This document shows, one piece after another, positions 23,384-36,279 of a DNA stretch of 64,000 bases. The notes beneath the pieces are model-generated. The model made no database searches. It saw nothing but the letters and a program-made list of their open reading frames with translations, and was not told the origin of the DNA. The stretch's first letter is position 1. Every line of letters begins with the position of its first letter. Position numbers and translations under genes: made by a program. This DNA comes from Lophium mytilinum (Eukaryota): assembly GCA_010093605.1 (NCBI GenBank), contig MU004181.1:3286001-3350000 (forward strand), in the 5' to 3' direction.

Positions 23384-24328
23384 TGTCGGATAGAGAGGAA
23401 GGGCGAGGGAGGGAGAGTGGAAGAGGTGGCTATAGGCGTAGGAGGCAGACCATCAACAGCAGAATGGAGGCGTGTTGGGCGAGATGGCGAAATGGCGATG
23501 GTCTAGCAGTGGTGGACAGCTTCGAGCCAAATAATCATGACGCCTGGGCCGTGTGTTTTGGGCCGGCAGGTCCCTTGAACAGAAAGTGGTAGTCGTCGAA
23601 TTTTGTGAATGTACTGTAAAGGCCCGTATGCTTTAGATATAGACTCACTTAGCCTTGTGTACATTGGCCTAGCATCACTTGGGGTCCCTTGATACCCTTT
23701 CAGAAAATGTAAAGTGCCAGTCCCTTGAGAGCTGATAGCTTTTTGGCTTCCTCATATGACTGCCACTTGATTGACGGAGCCCGGCCCGCCGGTCTCCGGG
23801 TCACGTGTTGACGCTCTCGATCACTTCAGATGTGGCATGAACCTTTTCAAATTTTCGTATAGACGCGTGCAATCCTGTAGTCCTCTAATGATGCAGTATT
23901 CAGTCAGAGAACCTAGGAGGACGGACAGTAGCTTCACATCTGCGCAGCTTTTGGGGTACAACATCATTGCATGTTATTTGCAGAGATCTAATATCCACAC
24001 GCTACCACCCGAATCTAATGGCAGAGAATGAAAGCACAGGTATTATACATCATTTGGAGAGTTCCAATTAACCTTGATCTTCCGCCCTGGAGATCTTAGA
24101 TAGCCACTGTTTTGCCCGCCTCTCCCAATCGTTCCCGACGCCGACTCGAAAATGCAGCAAGAAAATACGCAAACGACAGAAAGTACTAACACAGTAATGT
24201 ACAGTGATTGGAGATGCATATGTACGAAGGTAGGGGAACTGCTAGAGGAATTGAAGCGGAATCAAAAGTATTCGTACGACCGACATAGGCTCCTGTTTTG
24301 CTCCAATGTATTACTTGCCCATCTATAC

Positions 24329-27300
24329 TTACAAGTCATCCGCTTTTTGCGCCCTGCGCTTCGGGTTTGCCGTCCGCTTCTTGGGAGTCGATTTTTTCGG
24401 CGAATCCCCACCCTCAATATATTTCAACAGTTCTTCTACGCTCCTCTGATCGCGGAATTGGCTTGATATGCTACGCGCTTCTCGTCCGTCTGCCTGAGCG
24501 CTAGTTTGGCCAACCTGAGGCTGCGGACGAAGTGTCCCTCGGGTGTTGAGTTGCACCCGTCGGACCTTTCCTTTGGCTAGATCCTGTAGTTGCTTTGCTT
24601 GTGTGACGGCGGTCTGCGTGAACTGCTCAAGCCACTGGCCTGCTTCCTTCGTGTTTCGGTCTTCGGAGCCGAGCACCGCGTTGAAGATTTTATAAGACTC
24701 CCTCATGCGGTTTGCAGCACCGCGCATGTCCTTGTCCAGCGCCAGCGCCTGCGAAAGCTGGAACAATAGCGTTGCAGTGTTGATGGACTGTTTTCCGGAA
24801 ACTTGTTCGCAGATGGCAAGGGAAGCCTCGAACCACAATCGAGATTCGTGGTACTGCTTCATCGATTGAAGCATCACAGCGGCATTGTTTATGGTAGTAA
24901 TGGAATCAGGGTGATTGGGCCCGTAGATGATTTTCCACAATTCGAGGGCATGTCGGACGTAATGGAGAGCAGCCTTCGTGTTGCCAGTTGCGTGCTCAAA
25001 CAGGCCGAGATTGAGATAACAGAGCACAGTCTCTGCATGATCGACACCCAAGGTACGTTCTGACACAATGACTGCTTTGTGTGCTAGTTCAACGGCCGCA
25101 TTCTTCTCTTCAAGAGTATACAAAAGATTGGACAATTGGTGATACGCCCTGGCAACTTCGGGGTGTAAGACACCGTAGATTTGTTCGTGTAGCGACAACG
25201 ATTCGAGTAGGAGCTCTTGGCCCAGCTCCTTTTGGTCTTGTGCCATGGAGAGGCGGCCAGCATCGAGCGCCTCCTCTGCAAGCATGCTTTTTGGTGATGC
25301 CTCTTTGACGACTGGAACAATGTTCAGGATGTCGTCAGCATGGAACGTCAGCGATGGTGCTGGTACCGCAGGGCTAGCTGGCCTAGGAGGAGAGGCCTGC
25401 TTCTTTTTCTTCTTGCTTGACCCGTTGGTGTTGCCATTTGTTGGTACCACCGCGTTGCCATCTGTGTGAGATGCTCCATTTGTATGCGGCTCTTTGACAA
25501 AAACATACTCTTTACCTTCCAACTGTAGGCCGAGCTTCAAGGAAACCTCGCGAAGCAGTTGTAGGTACCTGTCATGTTCAATCCAGTTGTCTCCAAGATC
25601 GAAGCGATATCTTAGAGCAACTTGAGCGGTGATATCTTTCTTCAGAGTAGCAGGGGACACTTTCTCAAAGCTGAAGTCGCCTTCGGGGTACATGGCCTTG
25701 AGCGAGTCGTCGAGCTGAGGAACTGGTTTTCCGTTCACGCCTTCTCCAAGAAGGCAGTTCAACAGATGTGCCATACAGGAAACGGCAAAAGGAACAGGTA
25801 GATGCCTCATGAACTGGTTTGCGACATGCTTGAATCCTCGAGAGATCATTTCCTGCACGGACAAGCGCTTCAAAGCCTGGAGTCTCGCATCCTCCTTGTC
25901 AGCCAAGGTAGCGAGCTTCCCCAGGTAGCGGATGTTGATACCACGCTTGTGAAGCAGAGTGCTCAGCGAAGCACCATCCATGGGGAATCCTACTTCCCCT
26001 TCTTGAAGCTCGTGTACTAAACGTGGTATGACCTCTGATAGAAGGTGGCCACATGCTGCACGTACTTCCGCTTCGTCCTTGGCCCACTCCTCTTTGTCTT
26101 CGTCTGACTGCGGCTTTTGGCCACAGAAAACGTCTGGATTGAGTGCGAATCGGAAGCCGCTAATGTCAACGCGCTCTTGCTCAGCTTCCTTATCTCCGCC
26201 ATCCTCTTGGCTTTCGGCATCCTTTTTGGCGACAGCGCCTTCGTCTGCTTTCTCACCATTCGACTCTGAGGTCTTTGTGGATCCGGCACTTTCTTTGGTT
26301 GATTCCGCCTTCTTAGCTAGTTCCTCCTTGATATAATCCCGTAGCCTGACCCTGGAGAATGACTCTACCAACTCAGGGCGCAGCACAGCCATACGATGCG
26401 GGTAATCGCTTTCCTTCGGTTTTGCGCTGTCGTCCTTCGGAGGTTCGCTCCAGTATTGCTCGATCCAAGAAACATCCAGAGGGGTAACCCTGTACAGGTC
26501 AAGAGCGTACTTCCTACCATCAGTTCCAATGAGTCCCTTGGTTTCCACGCTGCCCTCCAGCTCGTGCCGGATATCCTCCTTGTCCCAGACAGGGTGCTTC
26601 TTGACATGGAGTAGCTTAGAGAGCTTCTCAAACAGCGGGACGAAGGCTGCATCCTCTGCAACAACGTCTTTGCCCTCAACCCCTCCGTAGTCGATCTGGT
26701 GCTCTCCGGGTTCTCGCTGCTTGAATATACCTGGGACAATGCTCTGGCCCACAATGCGCTTGCCAAGATAGTCTACAACAACAGTGCCTGGCGTGAACAG
26801 ACCCTGTATGTCGAGATTGTTGACAGCACGTACACCCGTAACATCCTTGCCTGTGGCTACTCGAGCAGCCTCATCACCACCATCAGTCGTGAACGTACCC
26901 ACGCCGTCGGCACCGAAAGAGAAGAAAATGTTGTTGTAGACGAATATTTGGGCGTCTCTGCTTTCAGTGGGATTGAGAGGAGCCACCTCACCGCGTGCAA
27001 CAAGCATGGCTCCGCGGGTAGCGGCGTCATTGTAATCTGCGAACAACTTGGAAGTCAGGCGCTCACGAAAAACGCGGTCTTGAACGGCCTCTTTGGCCAT
27101 CTCCCTTGTGGACTGGAACTCCTCATTCCAGTCACGTAGGGTATCAGTGTTTTCTAATCCTGATATCAGATAGCTCTCTTGTGTCCGTGCAATATCCGAC
27201 TGATGGGTAGTTAGCGAGGAGCTCGGTGGAGGAACCATCCATGGGTTGGCTGGAATAGCATTCGATAATTGGAAGATGGTCAGGAGGTCCTTTTTCGCGT

Positions 27301-28426
27301 TCAAGTCCAGTAGGGCTTTGAAAGCGGGGTCAAAAGAAGGCGAAATTTGGGCGATCAGATTAAGCAGCGAGTGCGCGGCATAGTCTTTGGGTGGCGGCCT
27401 TGGGAATGGGTCGAATTTGCTGTTTGAGGACTTGTTGACGTAGAAACCCCCAACATGAGCAGTGATCTGGTGCTGCTCACCCTCGATTGTGGTTACTTGA
27501 AGATACAGGAGGTGTCCTTTGGCGCGTAGATGGTATGGGGGTGGATTCCAGGGGGATACTGCGATGGATTTCAACGTCTTTAGGGGACTCTCGGGGGCGG
27601 GTGGTAGGAGGTGTTTCACCGATCCCAAAGCTTCGAAGTCGTAGTCTCCCATGACGGCCCCTTCGGGAGCTGCTGGGCTAGCACCATTCGCAACAGAGTT
27701 CTCCACTGTGTCCGGCCCAACGCTGTCGTGCAGGGACAGCCCCGCTAGGACGCCATGCAGTGTGTCGGTGCGATCTCCGGCTGCCCCTATGAGCTCCCTA
27801 ACTCGTACCACATGCATACGAGCGTCTTTCTCAGTGTATGGATCTTCCACCAGTGTTAGCTCTGAATCGGGGCTGAGGCTAGGAACCTCGGAAAGCTCGA
27901 TGAAGTCGTTGATCCGCTGCCCTTTGTGCTCGAGGTGGAAGCAGGAGTACTGAAAGGTCGGGGGTTGTTCCACGATGGACTGGCGCAGGTCCTGGACTTG
28001 CTCTTGGGTCGACATCTTCAAGGTGTTAGCCACGGACACTGGAAGAGGCTGTGAAGCTGCTGCATACCATGACCTGTGTTTTATACGGTTCGTGTGGGAG
28101 AATGACGGTGATCTGGAAGACAGCTATAGCACGCACAGTCAGCCATTGGCAATGACAAGCACCGCGGGAGCAGCGTGAAGGAGTGATAAGGCATACTCTC
28201 GGCATTGTCTCCATTCGGCTCGTCCTGGGAGCTCTCTCCCGTTGCGTCCCCATTGACGGTAGACACGGCATCGGTAGGTTGGGAGAGGCCTAGAATGTTG
28301 AGATGGTTAGCTCATTGCTGCAATTGACACGATCGGCGTACTGGAGGAGCGAAGATGGGGTTGCTTGGAAAAAGTGAAGCGGTTGGGGAGCTCACCTGTA
28401 ATGGAGGCGTCATGATGGTCGGCCAT
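24329..28426 (-). CDS. CLU1: Clustered mitochondria protein 1 (CLU1/TIF31)
   Basis: CLU domain (SPWNPPPYHLR, RDWNEEFQ, GTDGRKYALDL) and C-terminal TPRs. Three short 5' exons from ATG 28426 (MADHHD). Confidence 0.96.
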
Positions 28427-28726
28427 GGCTAGGGCACGAGATGAGGAAGGAGGTAGGAATGGACTACGGAGTGCACGAGACTAGGTTCGGGACGGAAAGA
28501 AGAGGATATATGGCGCGAAGAGGGAGGTACAGAAAACGCATAAATGCGCAATTGCGGTGATGGTGGATGCTCGCAGCACCTCGATAAACTTTTTCCTAAA
28601 AGCACTCACGGTTTTCTCCGGGCAGCCGGCCCAGTCCTCGGGTCTGCCCCCTGTCGCAGCCACAGCCTTGCGGTCAAGCCCCACCAGCAAGAGTCGGCAA
28701 CGTCGGGATATCAAGCTCAACCCTGT

Positions 28727-30017
28727 CACGCGGGTGACACGTTAAGCGATACACTAAAAAATGCCGCCCCCACTAAAAATCATTATTTCTCTATAAAAAT
28801 ACAGCCAAATTAATGCTAATTTAAAAGCCAGTTATTGCGCCGTCCATCTTAATTACTATCCTTAGCCGCCGGGGCATAGAATTTACCCATTTATTAATAA
28901 AATTAGTTAAAACCTTATTCTATCCCTCTTAGAATAATTCTCTTATAGTATTCTTATTCTAGTAAGAGAACTTTTTAATATACTACTTAGGCGGCTACTA
29001 ATAGTTCTTAATTAGAGCTAGATCTAGTAAAGAAGTATAGTTAAAGTAGTACTCTAAGTAATTTTATTCTTTCTAGGTCTAAATAATATTACTTTTCCCT
29101 ATACTATAGCCGCTATCTCTATCCTCTTCTAGAATAAAGTTATTACCTCTTTAAATCTAAGGCTTTATAAAAGGCTCTAGAATATAGTCTTAATAGACCT
29201 AGAGAGTTATCTTTCTATTTAAATTAGAGGGAATATTATAGAATAAGAGAGGACTCTTAAAATTCTACCCGGTAGCAGCCTAAGAATGCAGCCTTTTTTA
29301 AGCATTCTTAACTATTCTATTATTAGTCTCTTAAATATAATTAGCGTAGTATCTTTAGCCTAGTTTTCTAATAATTTAAAGCTTTTCTTAGGGTTTAATA
29401 CCCTAGTAAACCTTATTAAAGAACCTAACCTAGTACTAGTTCTCTAGCTCTAGGTACTTTCTAAGTATATACTATGCCTATTTCTTTTAGTAATTTACTA
29501 TAGATTTATTTATCTATTCTTTCTAGCAGGTAATATACTTATAATAGGCTATAGTACCTATTACGCGTAAAATAGTCCTACTAGAGTACTCTAGGCTAAT
29601 TTTATAGCCTAGCTACTTCTAGGTTATTACTTTTACTTTAAAGCCATCTAATTTTATAACCTTTTTAAGCTCTCTTATCTTTTTTAGAGTAATAATATGC
29701 TTTAAGCCTCTTCTCTCCTCTATATCTAGGTTATTATAGTACCTTCTTAGGTTATCTTTAAGCATTAAATAGCCCCGGGCATAGAAGATATTAAAATAGC
29801 AGAAAATAGCCTTATTCTCCCCTATAATCCCTTTTAATTTATTATATTTAATAGCCCCTTAAACCTTAGCCTTAGTTAGTGTCTTCTAGTCCTTATAGCG
29901 GGCGTTGGCAGCGTTGTTAGCTATTATAGTGGGTGGTAAATAGGTAGAGATAGTAGTATGGGCGGATTTTTAGTGGGGGCGGCATTTTAGTATATCGCTT
30001 AACGTGTCACCCGCGTG
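28727..30017 (-). mobile_element. RIP-inactivated Tc1/mariner-superfamily DNA transposon (DD37E), ~1.29 kb
   Basis: TIRs of ~55 bp (28727-28781 / 29965-30017). AT- and TpA-rich interior. Minus-strand relic reads VRFFNKVY*G (from VRFSDEVHWG), LEEDRDSG and LLDLALIKNY* (from SPDLAPIENCW), with many TAG/TAA stops. CCTGT on both flanks. Confidence 0.92.
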
Positions 30018-30440
30018 CCTGTGTGCCTGTGACCCCATCAAACATCTCACCGCTGCGATGCCCGTGGCCTTTTCTCGGATGCGGTGCGCGTCACTGCCTC
30101 GAGAGCCCTCCATCTCCTGCATAACAAAGATGCCGTCTGATGCTCCTCCAGACGGTTTGGCATCCCGCAGCGCAGTGCGGAGAGCAGCTCGAGCCGACGG
30201 CTGACACTGCGCAGAGCTGTTCGTGGAACTAGTCGCGGCGCTCTCCTGAAATTTGGCCAGGAGTCCTGGAGTCTTTCATCATCGTGCACCATACGTCCAT
30301 CTGCCATCCTCACAAACTCGGGCTTTGCTTGCTTGCGGCGACGTCTCCCTCTTTCGGCCTTCTCCTCCGCCTTGGAAGCCTCTCTTGACGTCTTGGTGAG
30401 ACCTGGCGCGTCTGTCGCGCCTGTTGACGCGTGAGCAACA

Positions 30441-32416
30441 ATGATGCTCTCGCGAGTCGCAAGAACACGCATCACCGGCAACAGTCCCTGCCTGGCCTCT
30501 GCCTTTGTTCGTCGTCCTGCTATCTCGCGAACACATCCACGCTGGGCGACGGGTCCGCCGACGCCAAATCAGCCCAACCCTGATCCCGTCGACGATGCCG
30601 CTCCCGACCTAACTGGCGACAACAATGGCCGCGCCAAGTGGAAAGGCACTGCCTTCAAGATGTTCGAGAGTGCTATGACCACGTTCGCCTCTATTGCTGT
30701 TCTTGGGTGAGTGCGCCCCCTGCAGATCCATTCATTCACTTCGTCCTTAGAAGTCACGTGTGCACCAAGAACACAAATCATAACATTCGTGACCTTACGC
30801 TAAATATGGGTGACACAGCTTGGTCGGGTATAGCTACAACCGGTACTACAAGGCTCTTGTCCTGGAAAAGATGGAAAATGCGTTCCGACCAGGCGACCCT
30901 GTTCTCGAACTGGCTGCTCAGGGCAAGCAAATTGCCGGGAGACCTAGTCAGCCGGGAGATGTGCCTGGCGTTGGTGGAGACGAGCACGAACGCTGGATTC
31001 CGCGAGCTGAGCAGCTCAAAATCGACGCCATTATCAGAGGAGACGATCGTGGCCACTACCATCTGCTGATTGGCGAGAAAGGAACCGGAAAGTCTTCCAT
31101 GTTGATTGAAGCAATGTACAAGGTTGACGGTGAGGGCGTCGCTATGTTTGAGGCCCATGCCGATCTAGAGATATTCAGAGTCCGGCGTGCGTGCCCCTTA
31201 GTCCCTCCCTACCATCTTCACCTTCTCACATGTTTACAGTGGGAAAAGCCTTGGACTTTGAATTTCACGAGGATAACATTGGCTCTCTGTTCTCCATTCG
31301 TGGTCCACGCGATGCATCCGCACTGCTCGATATCGAACGTGCCCTCAACAAGCTCGAAAAAGTTGCGCTGAACCGGAGGAAACGGGTTGGGCGACCCTTG
31401 ATTCTGATCATTAACAGCGTGCATCTGCTCAGGGATGACGAAGACGGCCGAGATCTCCTAGAGCTGATTCAGCAACGTGCTGAACAATGGGCTGCCTCCA
31501 ACCTCGCTACCGTCGTCTTCAACAGCGACGACTACTGGGTTTATGAGCGGCTAAAGCAGTACGCGACCAGGATGGAAGTGACCCCAATAGGCGACTTGCC
31601 GAAGGACAGGGCGATTCAAGCCTTGCGCAATTACAGAATGAAATACTTCCAAGAGGAGCCAGAGGTTTCTCTGCTCGAGAAAGTTTACGATCAGATCGGG
31701 GGCCGATTAACATTCTTGAACCGCGTTGCCAAGTCCGAGGACATGATGCACACGTGTCGTAAGATCTGCGAAATGGAGAAAACATGGTTTCTGAACCAGT
31801 GTTGGATCCTGGGAATGGAGATGGACGACGATGTCATGGACCAGCAAAAATATGCCGTATGCGCTCTCGCTTACTAACATTTTCATGTCTTCTTCATTGG
31901 CTAACACTCCTCAGTCTGCAGCTATGGTCCTAGCCAAGGCTCTCGTTGACAAAGAAAGCGAGATGGACACGATATACGACGAACAAAGAGGACATATTCT
32001 GCCAGAAATACCAGTACATGAAGCACGGCAAATCATGACTCGAGCAGACTTCATCAAAGACTACGATCGCATCAACGTTTTCACGATCGATTCGCATGCT
32101 ATGGTCCGCGCAGGTAAACATCACTCAACCTCGTTCTTTCACCAAACATTACTGATCGGTATTGATAGATTCCGTCCCCATGCAGAACGCCTTTCGGGAG
32201 ATATGTTCCAAGCCAGGATTCGAGAAGCATCTTGACGGCACTCTAGAGCGCATTGGTGACATTGAAAGCTTAGGCAGAACTCGAGAGCTGACTATCAAAG
32301 ATCTGTGGAATGGGGGCAAATACAAGATCACGGCACGAAACGCAAAGGGAAATGTCGACAAAGATCTGTCTTTCGAAGTAGTGCCCGGAGAAAAGGACGA
32401 CAGTGATGACAACTAA
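30441..32416 (+). CDS. Conserved fungal P-loop/AAA-like protein, probable mitochondrial membrane protein (multi-exon)
   Basis: Arg-rich presequence, TM segment (TTFASIAVLG), Walker A GEKGTGKSS. Exons join through canonical introns; TAA at 32414-32416. Confidence 0.82.
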
Positions 32417-34043
32417 TGCTGGAGTTCGTTCTGAAGTGAAGAATTTGTACGATAGGGTGGGGGGGATTGGCTATCCGGTGGTGGTTTGATTCTTGATACC
32501 CAAAACTAGAGTGAATATTTAAATAACTGTTGAGCGCCACTTTCAACCCCTAGACTCAGTGATTCGAAGTCAATGTTTCGCACCTCGCGTACCTCGCTGA
32601 AGGGCATCACGACAGACCCGAGAATGCCGAAAAATACGAACCAACCAGCCAGATAGGTGTGCAGCGCTCAGAGAAAACGACATAGCCATCAAGTGTTCTT
32701 GTTGAGTCTTGAGTAGTCAGTAAGCTCGAAAGTTGGACAAATGGAGGCAACAAAGGACTGTAGTCGTTGCTACACCTCATCAGTTTCAGCGGCAATCACG
32801 GTGTATGGATGATGCTGCGGCACAAAGAATCGGTCTCGAAAGGTGGCATCGATACCACCTGCACAGCTTTGCGAAAAGAGTCAGCGGATGGCGGTCAGCC
32901 TGTCGTCTGCTATCGAGGATCTGACGACAGGGCTCTGGCTTGACGCAGGTCTGCTGTGGTGCAGATATGGGAAAGATTTGACTCGCAAGAGCGCATGAGA
33001 GTGGATCTATGCCTCTTGGCTGGCTCCATATCGTCGGCTTTGCTGTGGTGTTGCTGCAGCCCGCTGGCAGGCCGCGTCACTGTTGACTGATGTTTCTCTG
33101 CACCTCGATATCCTGAATCCCAGCACACGTGATGACTAAATCGGCCTTCTCACTGGCACTGATAGTTGATTCCACACGACACGTCCAAATCATGATAAAA
33201 AGGCATGACCATATAAGCAGCAGTAGACCAAGCAGTTAGTCCAAGTAGAGCACGTACTGTAAATATATTCCGGTGAGGGAGAGCGTCAAGTGTTTTGCAG
33301 CCTTCTCCGGCGAGGCCTCCACACTTGATGACGGCGCACCTGAAACGGGGCGCGCCTTGCAATGTCTGGGGTGCCGATCCATCGGGCGGCACACGGGAAG
33401 CCGAAGCAGCAGCCCCTGGGCCGGCGCATACCAAGTGGCAGTCCCGCCAATGGCTGCATCTCGATTTGTCGCTGGGCGTCGCAGTGTCGGTTTCTTTGTG
33501 CACTGCCCCAGCCTTCTGCTCACAACTGCACGCCTATTCGATAAGTCGGGGCGCTGTTCGTGCTTGTTGGAGAGCCTAGCTGACGCGTGGCCCGTGAAGC
33601 TGGCCGCCATCTGGCTATTTTTTGCATCTTCTTACCGCATCGAGCCCCAGGCAAGCCACGGATCCCCACCCACGAGAAATCCGTTAGCGTACGGGGGCAT
33701 CATGGAGCCATCAACACCTAGAGGCACTACTGGAAGGCCTTCGGCCTCTTACGCGCAAGCAGTCTCGGGGAATTCGCATGTCATCAACGGCTGCGCCCAT
33801 GCTTTCTTCTATTTCATCCCGCACCCCGTTCTCCTGTGCTTATAGGAGCCTCTCCTCGTCGCTTGCTTTGACAGCCGTTTGTACCTTCAAATAGACCAGC
33901 CAACCCCTCCCACTGTTCCTTGTTGCATTTGGCCAAGTGCGGAACAAAGGCCTACCCCTGTCTTCGAACTTTCTCAAATCCAATTGCAACACCACTGTGC
34001 TTGTTTCACGCCCGCATCATATTTCCCCAGGGACGTAGCCGTA

Positions 34044-35785
34044 ATGAGGACGATACTAGCAGCGAGTCTGCTCGGGCTCGGTAAGAGGAAACACGCAGTG
34101 CCCTCTTTGATAGAACGAAGCTGACAGTATCGTTCCACACAGCTTCCAGAGCTGTTGCGCAGGTAGCCGAACAGTGCGCGACAACTGATGTCTGCTTCAA
34201 GCTGAACATCCCCTCCAACACAGCATCATCTGGCAAAGGCGACATATTCTTCCAGATTTCCGCTCCCAGCACATACCAATATGTTGCGCTCGGCCAGGGC
34301 GATGGCATGGCCGACTCGAACATCTTCGTCGTATACACCTCATCCAGCGGGAACAACGTGACGCTGTCACCGAGAAAGGGAACAGGGCACGTTGAGCCCA
34401 AGTACAGTAGCTCTGCCGAAGTTACTTTACTTGACGGCTCTGGGGTGTCGAATGGGAAGATGGTTGCTAACGTCAAATGTAAGTTGACTGCGCATCTGTG
34501 TGGTCCCTGAACTAACAACTACCAGGCTCTAACTGTGACAGCTGGTCAGGGGGTTCCATGGATTTCTCCTCGTCGAAAGGCAACTGGATACATGCATTCA
34601 AGTCCGGAGGGGCGCTAAATTCGGATTCCACGTCTGCCTCTCTCTCCCAGCACGGAGCCAACGATGGGGCCGCCTTCTCGTGGGACTGGGCTGCGGCAAA
34701 GGGTGGAGACAGCCTGAATCCTTTTGTTGCTGCCGCCTCGGGAACAGGAGTCTCTGCCACCGCTAAAGTCACTGGCAAGACGACAGCTGCTCCAACAGGT
34801 GCTGCCGCCACCAGCAGCTGCGTTCCCCGGCCTACGACTGGAACTTTCGCCGACAATGAGATATCTTCTGCTGTCGCGTCTGTGACCAGCTGGCCTTCTA
34901 ACGTTCCGACTGCATTCCCATCCGGTTTCCCCTCTGAATGGAGATCTCACTGGCCGACGGCACGCCCGACGGGTGGCAATTGGTACAAGCGGGACGATAC
35001 CAATTACTGCGAGGCTGGCGACACTGGAAACAGTGGCAACATCATCTCGCCTATTGTGTCTTCGAAGGTCACGCAGCAGAAGAAGATGATCGCGGCTCAT
35101 GGAGTGGTCGCTGCTCTTGCGTTTGTCATTCTCTTCCCAGCCGGTGCCATCAGTATACGGCTTGCCACTTTCCCCGGCGTTATCTGGCTCCACGCCGCAT
35201 TCCAGATCTTTGCGTATATCGTGTATATCGCTGCTGTCGGACTTGGAGTCTACATTGCGAATGAGAAGAGTCTGGTATGTGTTTTTCCATCTTCCTGCCT
35301 AGCAGCTACTGACCGTCTCACAGCTTTCCAACTACCATCCGATCATCGGGTTAGTGTTGTTCGTTGTCATCTTCTTCCAGCCGATTTTCGGGTGGCTTCA
35401 CCACTCCCTCTTCAAGAAGTACAACAGCCGCTCGATCTGGTCGCATGTGCATATCTGGATTGGGCGCATCGCTATCACCCTCGGAATAATCAACGGCGGT
35501 CTCGGCTTCAAACTGGCGCTCAGCGATGGCGTAGGATCGCATAGCGGCATGATTGCATACGCGGTGATTGCTGCTATTGCCTGGCTACTCATGGTCCTCG
35601 CTACAATCTTTGGTGAGCGGAGGAAGGCAAGAGGTGGAATGCGAGACGCGCCTCCGAAATACGAAGAGACTACGTCTATGGATACACCGCTACGGTCGAT
35701 GAGTCGAGAAGACCCGCGACACCGATCAAATCCCAGCGAGGACCGGGGGACGCATGGCTACTATGGACAGCGGTCAAAACCGTAG
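34044..35785 (+). CDS. DOMON (CDH-cytochrome-like) plus cytochrome b561 integral membrane protein
   Basis: Signal peptide; DIFFQISAP..ALGQGDGMADS..SPRKGTGHVEP..SQHG (Met/His heme ligands); then AHGVVAALAF, WLHAAFQ, GWLHH and HVHIWIGR (b561 histidines). Confidence 0.88.
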
Positions 35786-36279
35786 TTCATTGTGATATGC
35801 TAGATTGGGGCGTGAAGTAATGGATGGGCCTGAATCATTCAGGGAGAAAGTCGTCATGAACTGAGATGTATATTTTTATGCGCTCCACCATATGATTGGC
35901 GGATAGATAATTTAGTGAAATGAAATACCAAATGAAAAGTTCGAAACATTTGCCCTATGGCGCGTATAGAATCTGCGAATCGTGTAAGACGCGACTGCAA
36001 ATCAGGATCTAAATGCAGTGTTTCAGTCGTGACGATGAAATAAAGCTTGTCTGGTCCACGGGTTATTTGGCGGCCGGTGCCGCAGCCGTACCAGGGGGCC
36101 TTGGCTCTCCGATCTTGGTGGAAAGAGTTGTGTGTAGAGGGGCAGTTGCACACCACAACAAAACATCTCACGCCCGCACCTCCACGTCCCCTCTATAAAC
36201 ACCCCCCTCGTCTTGTCGGCACTGCTCTCCGTACCTGTCTCCTCACCTCGCTGACCACGCCCAGCGATCGCGGTCCAAG

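Noticed and set aside
28724..28739. TGTCAC..GTGACA as an LTR retrotransposon end
   Set aside because: No direct-repeat LTR partner; the interior encodes a Tc1-type DDE relic bounded by TIRs.
32600..33900. ORFs of 100-190 aa upstream of the DOMON gene
   Set aside because: No recognisable motifs or splice structure; likely GC-rich promoter or UTR sequence.
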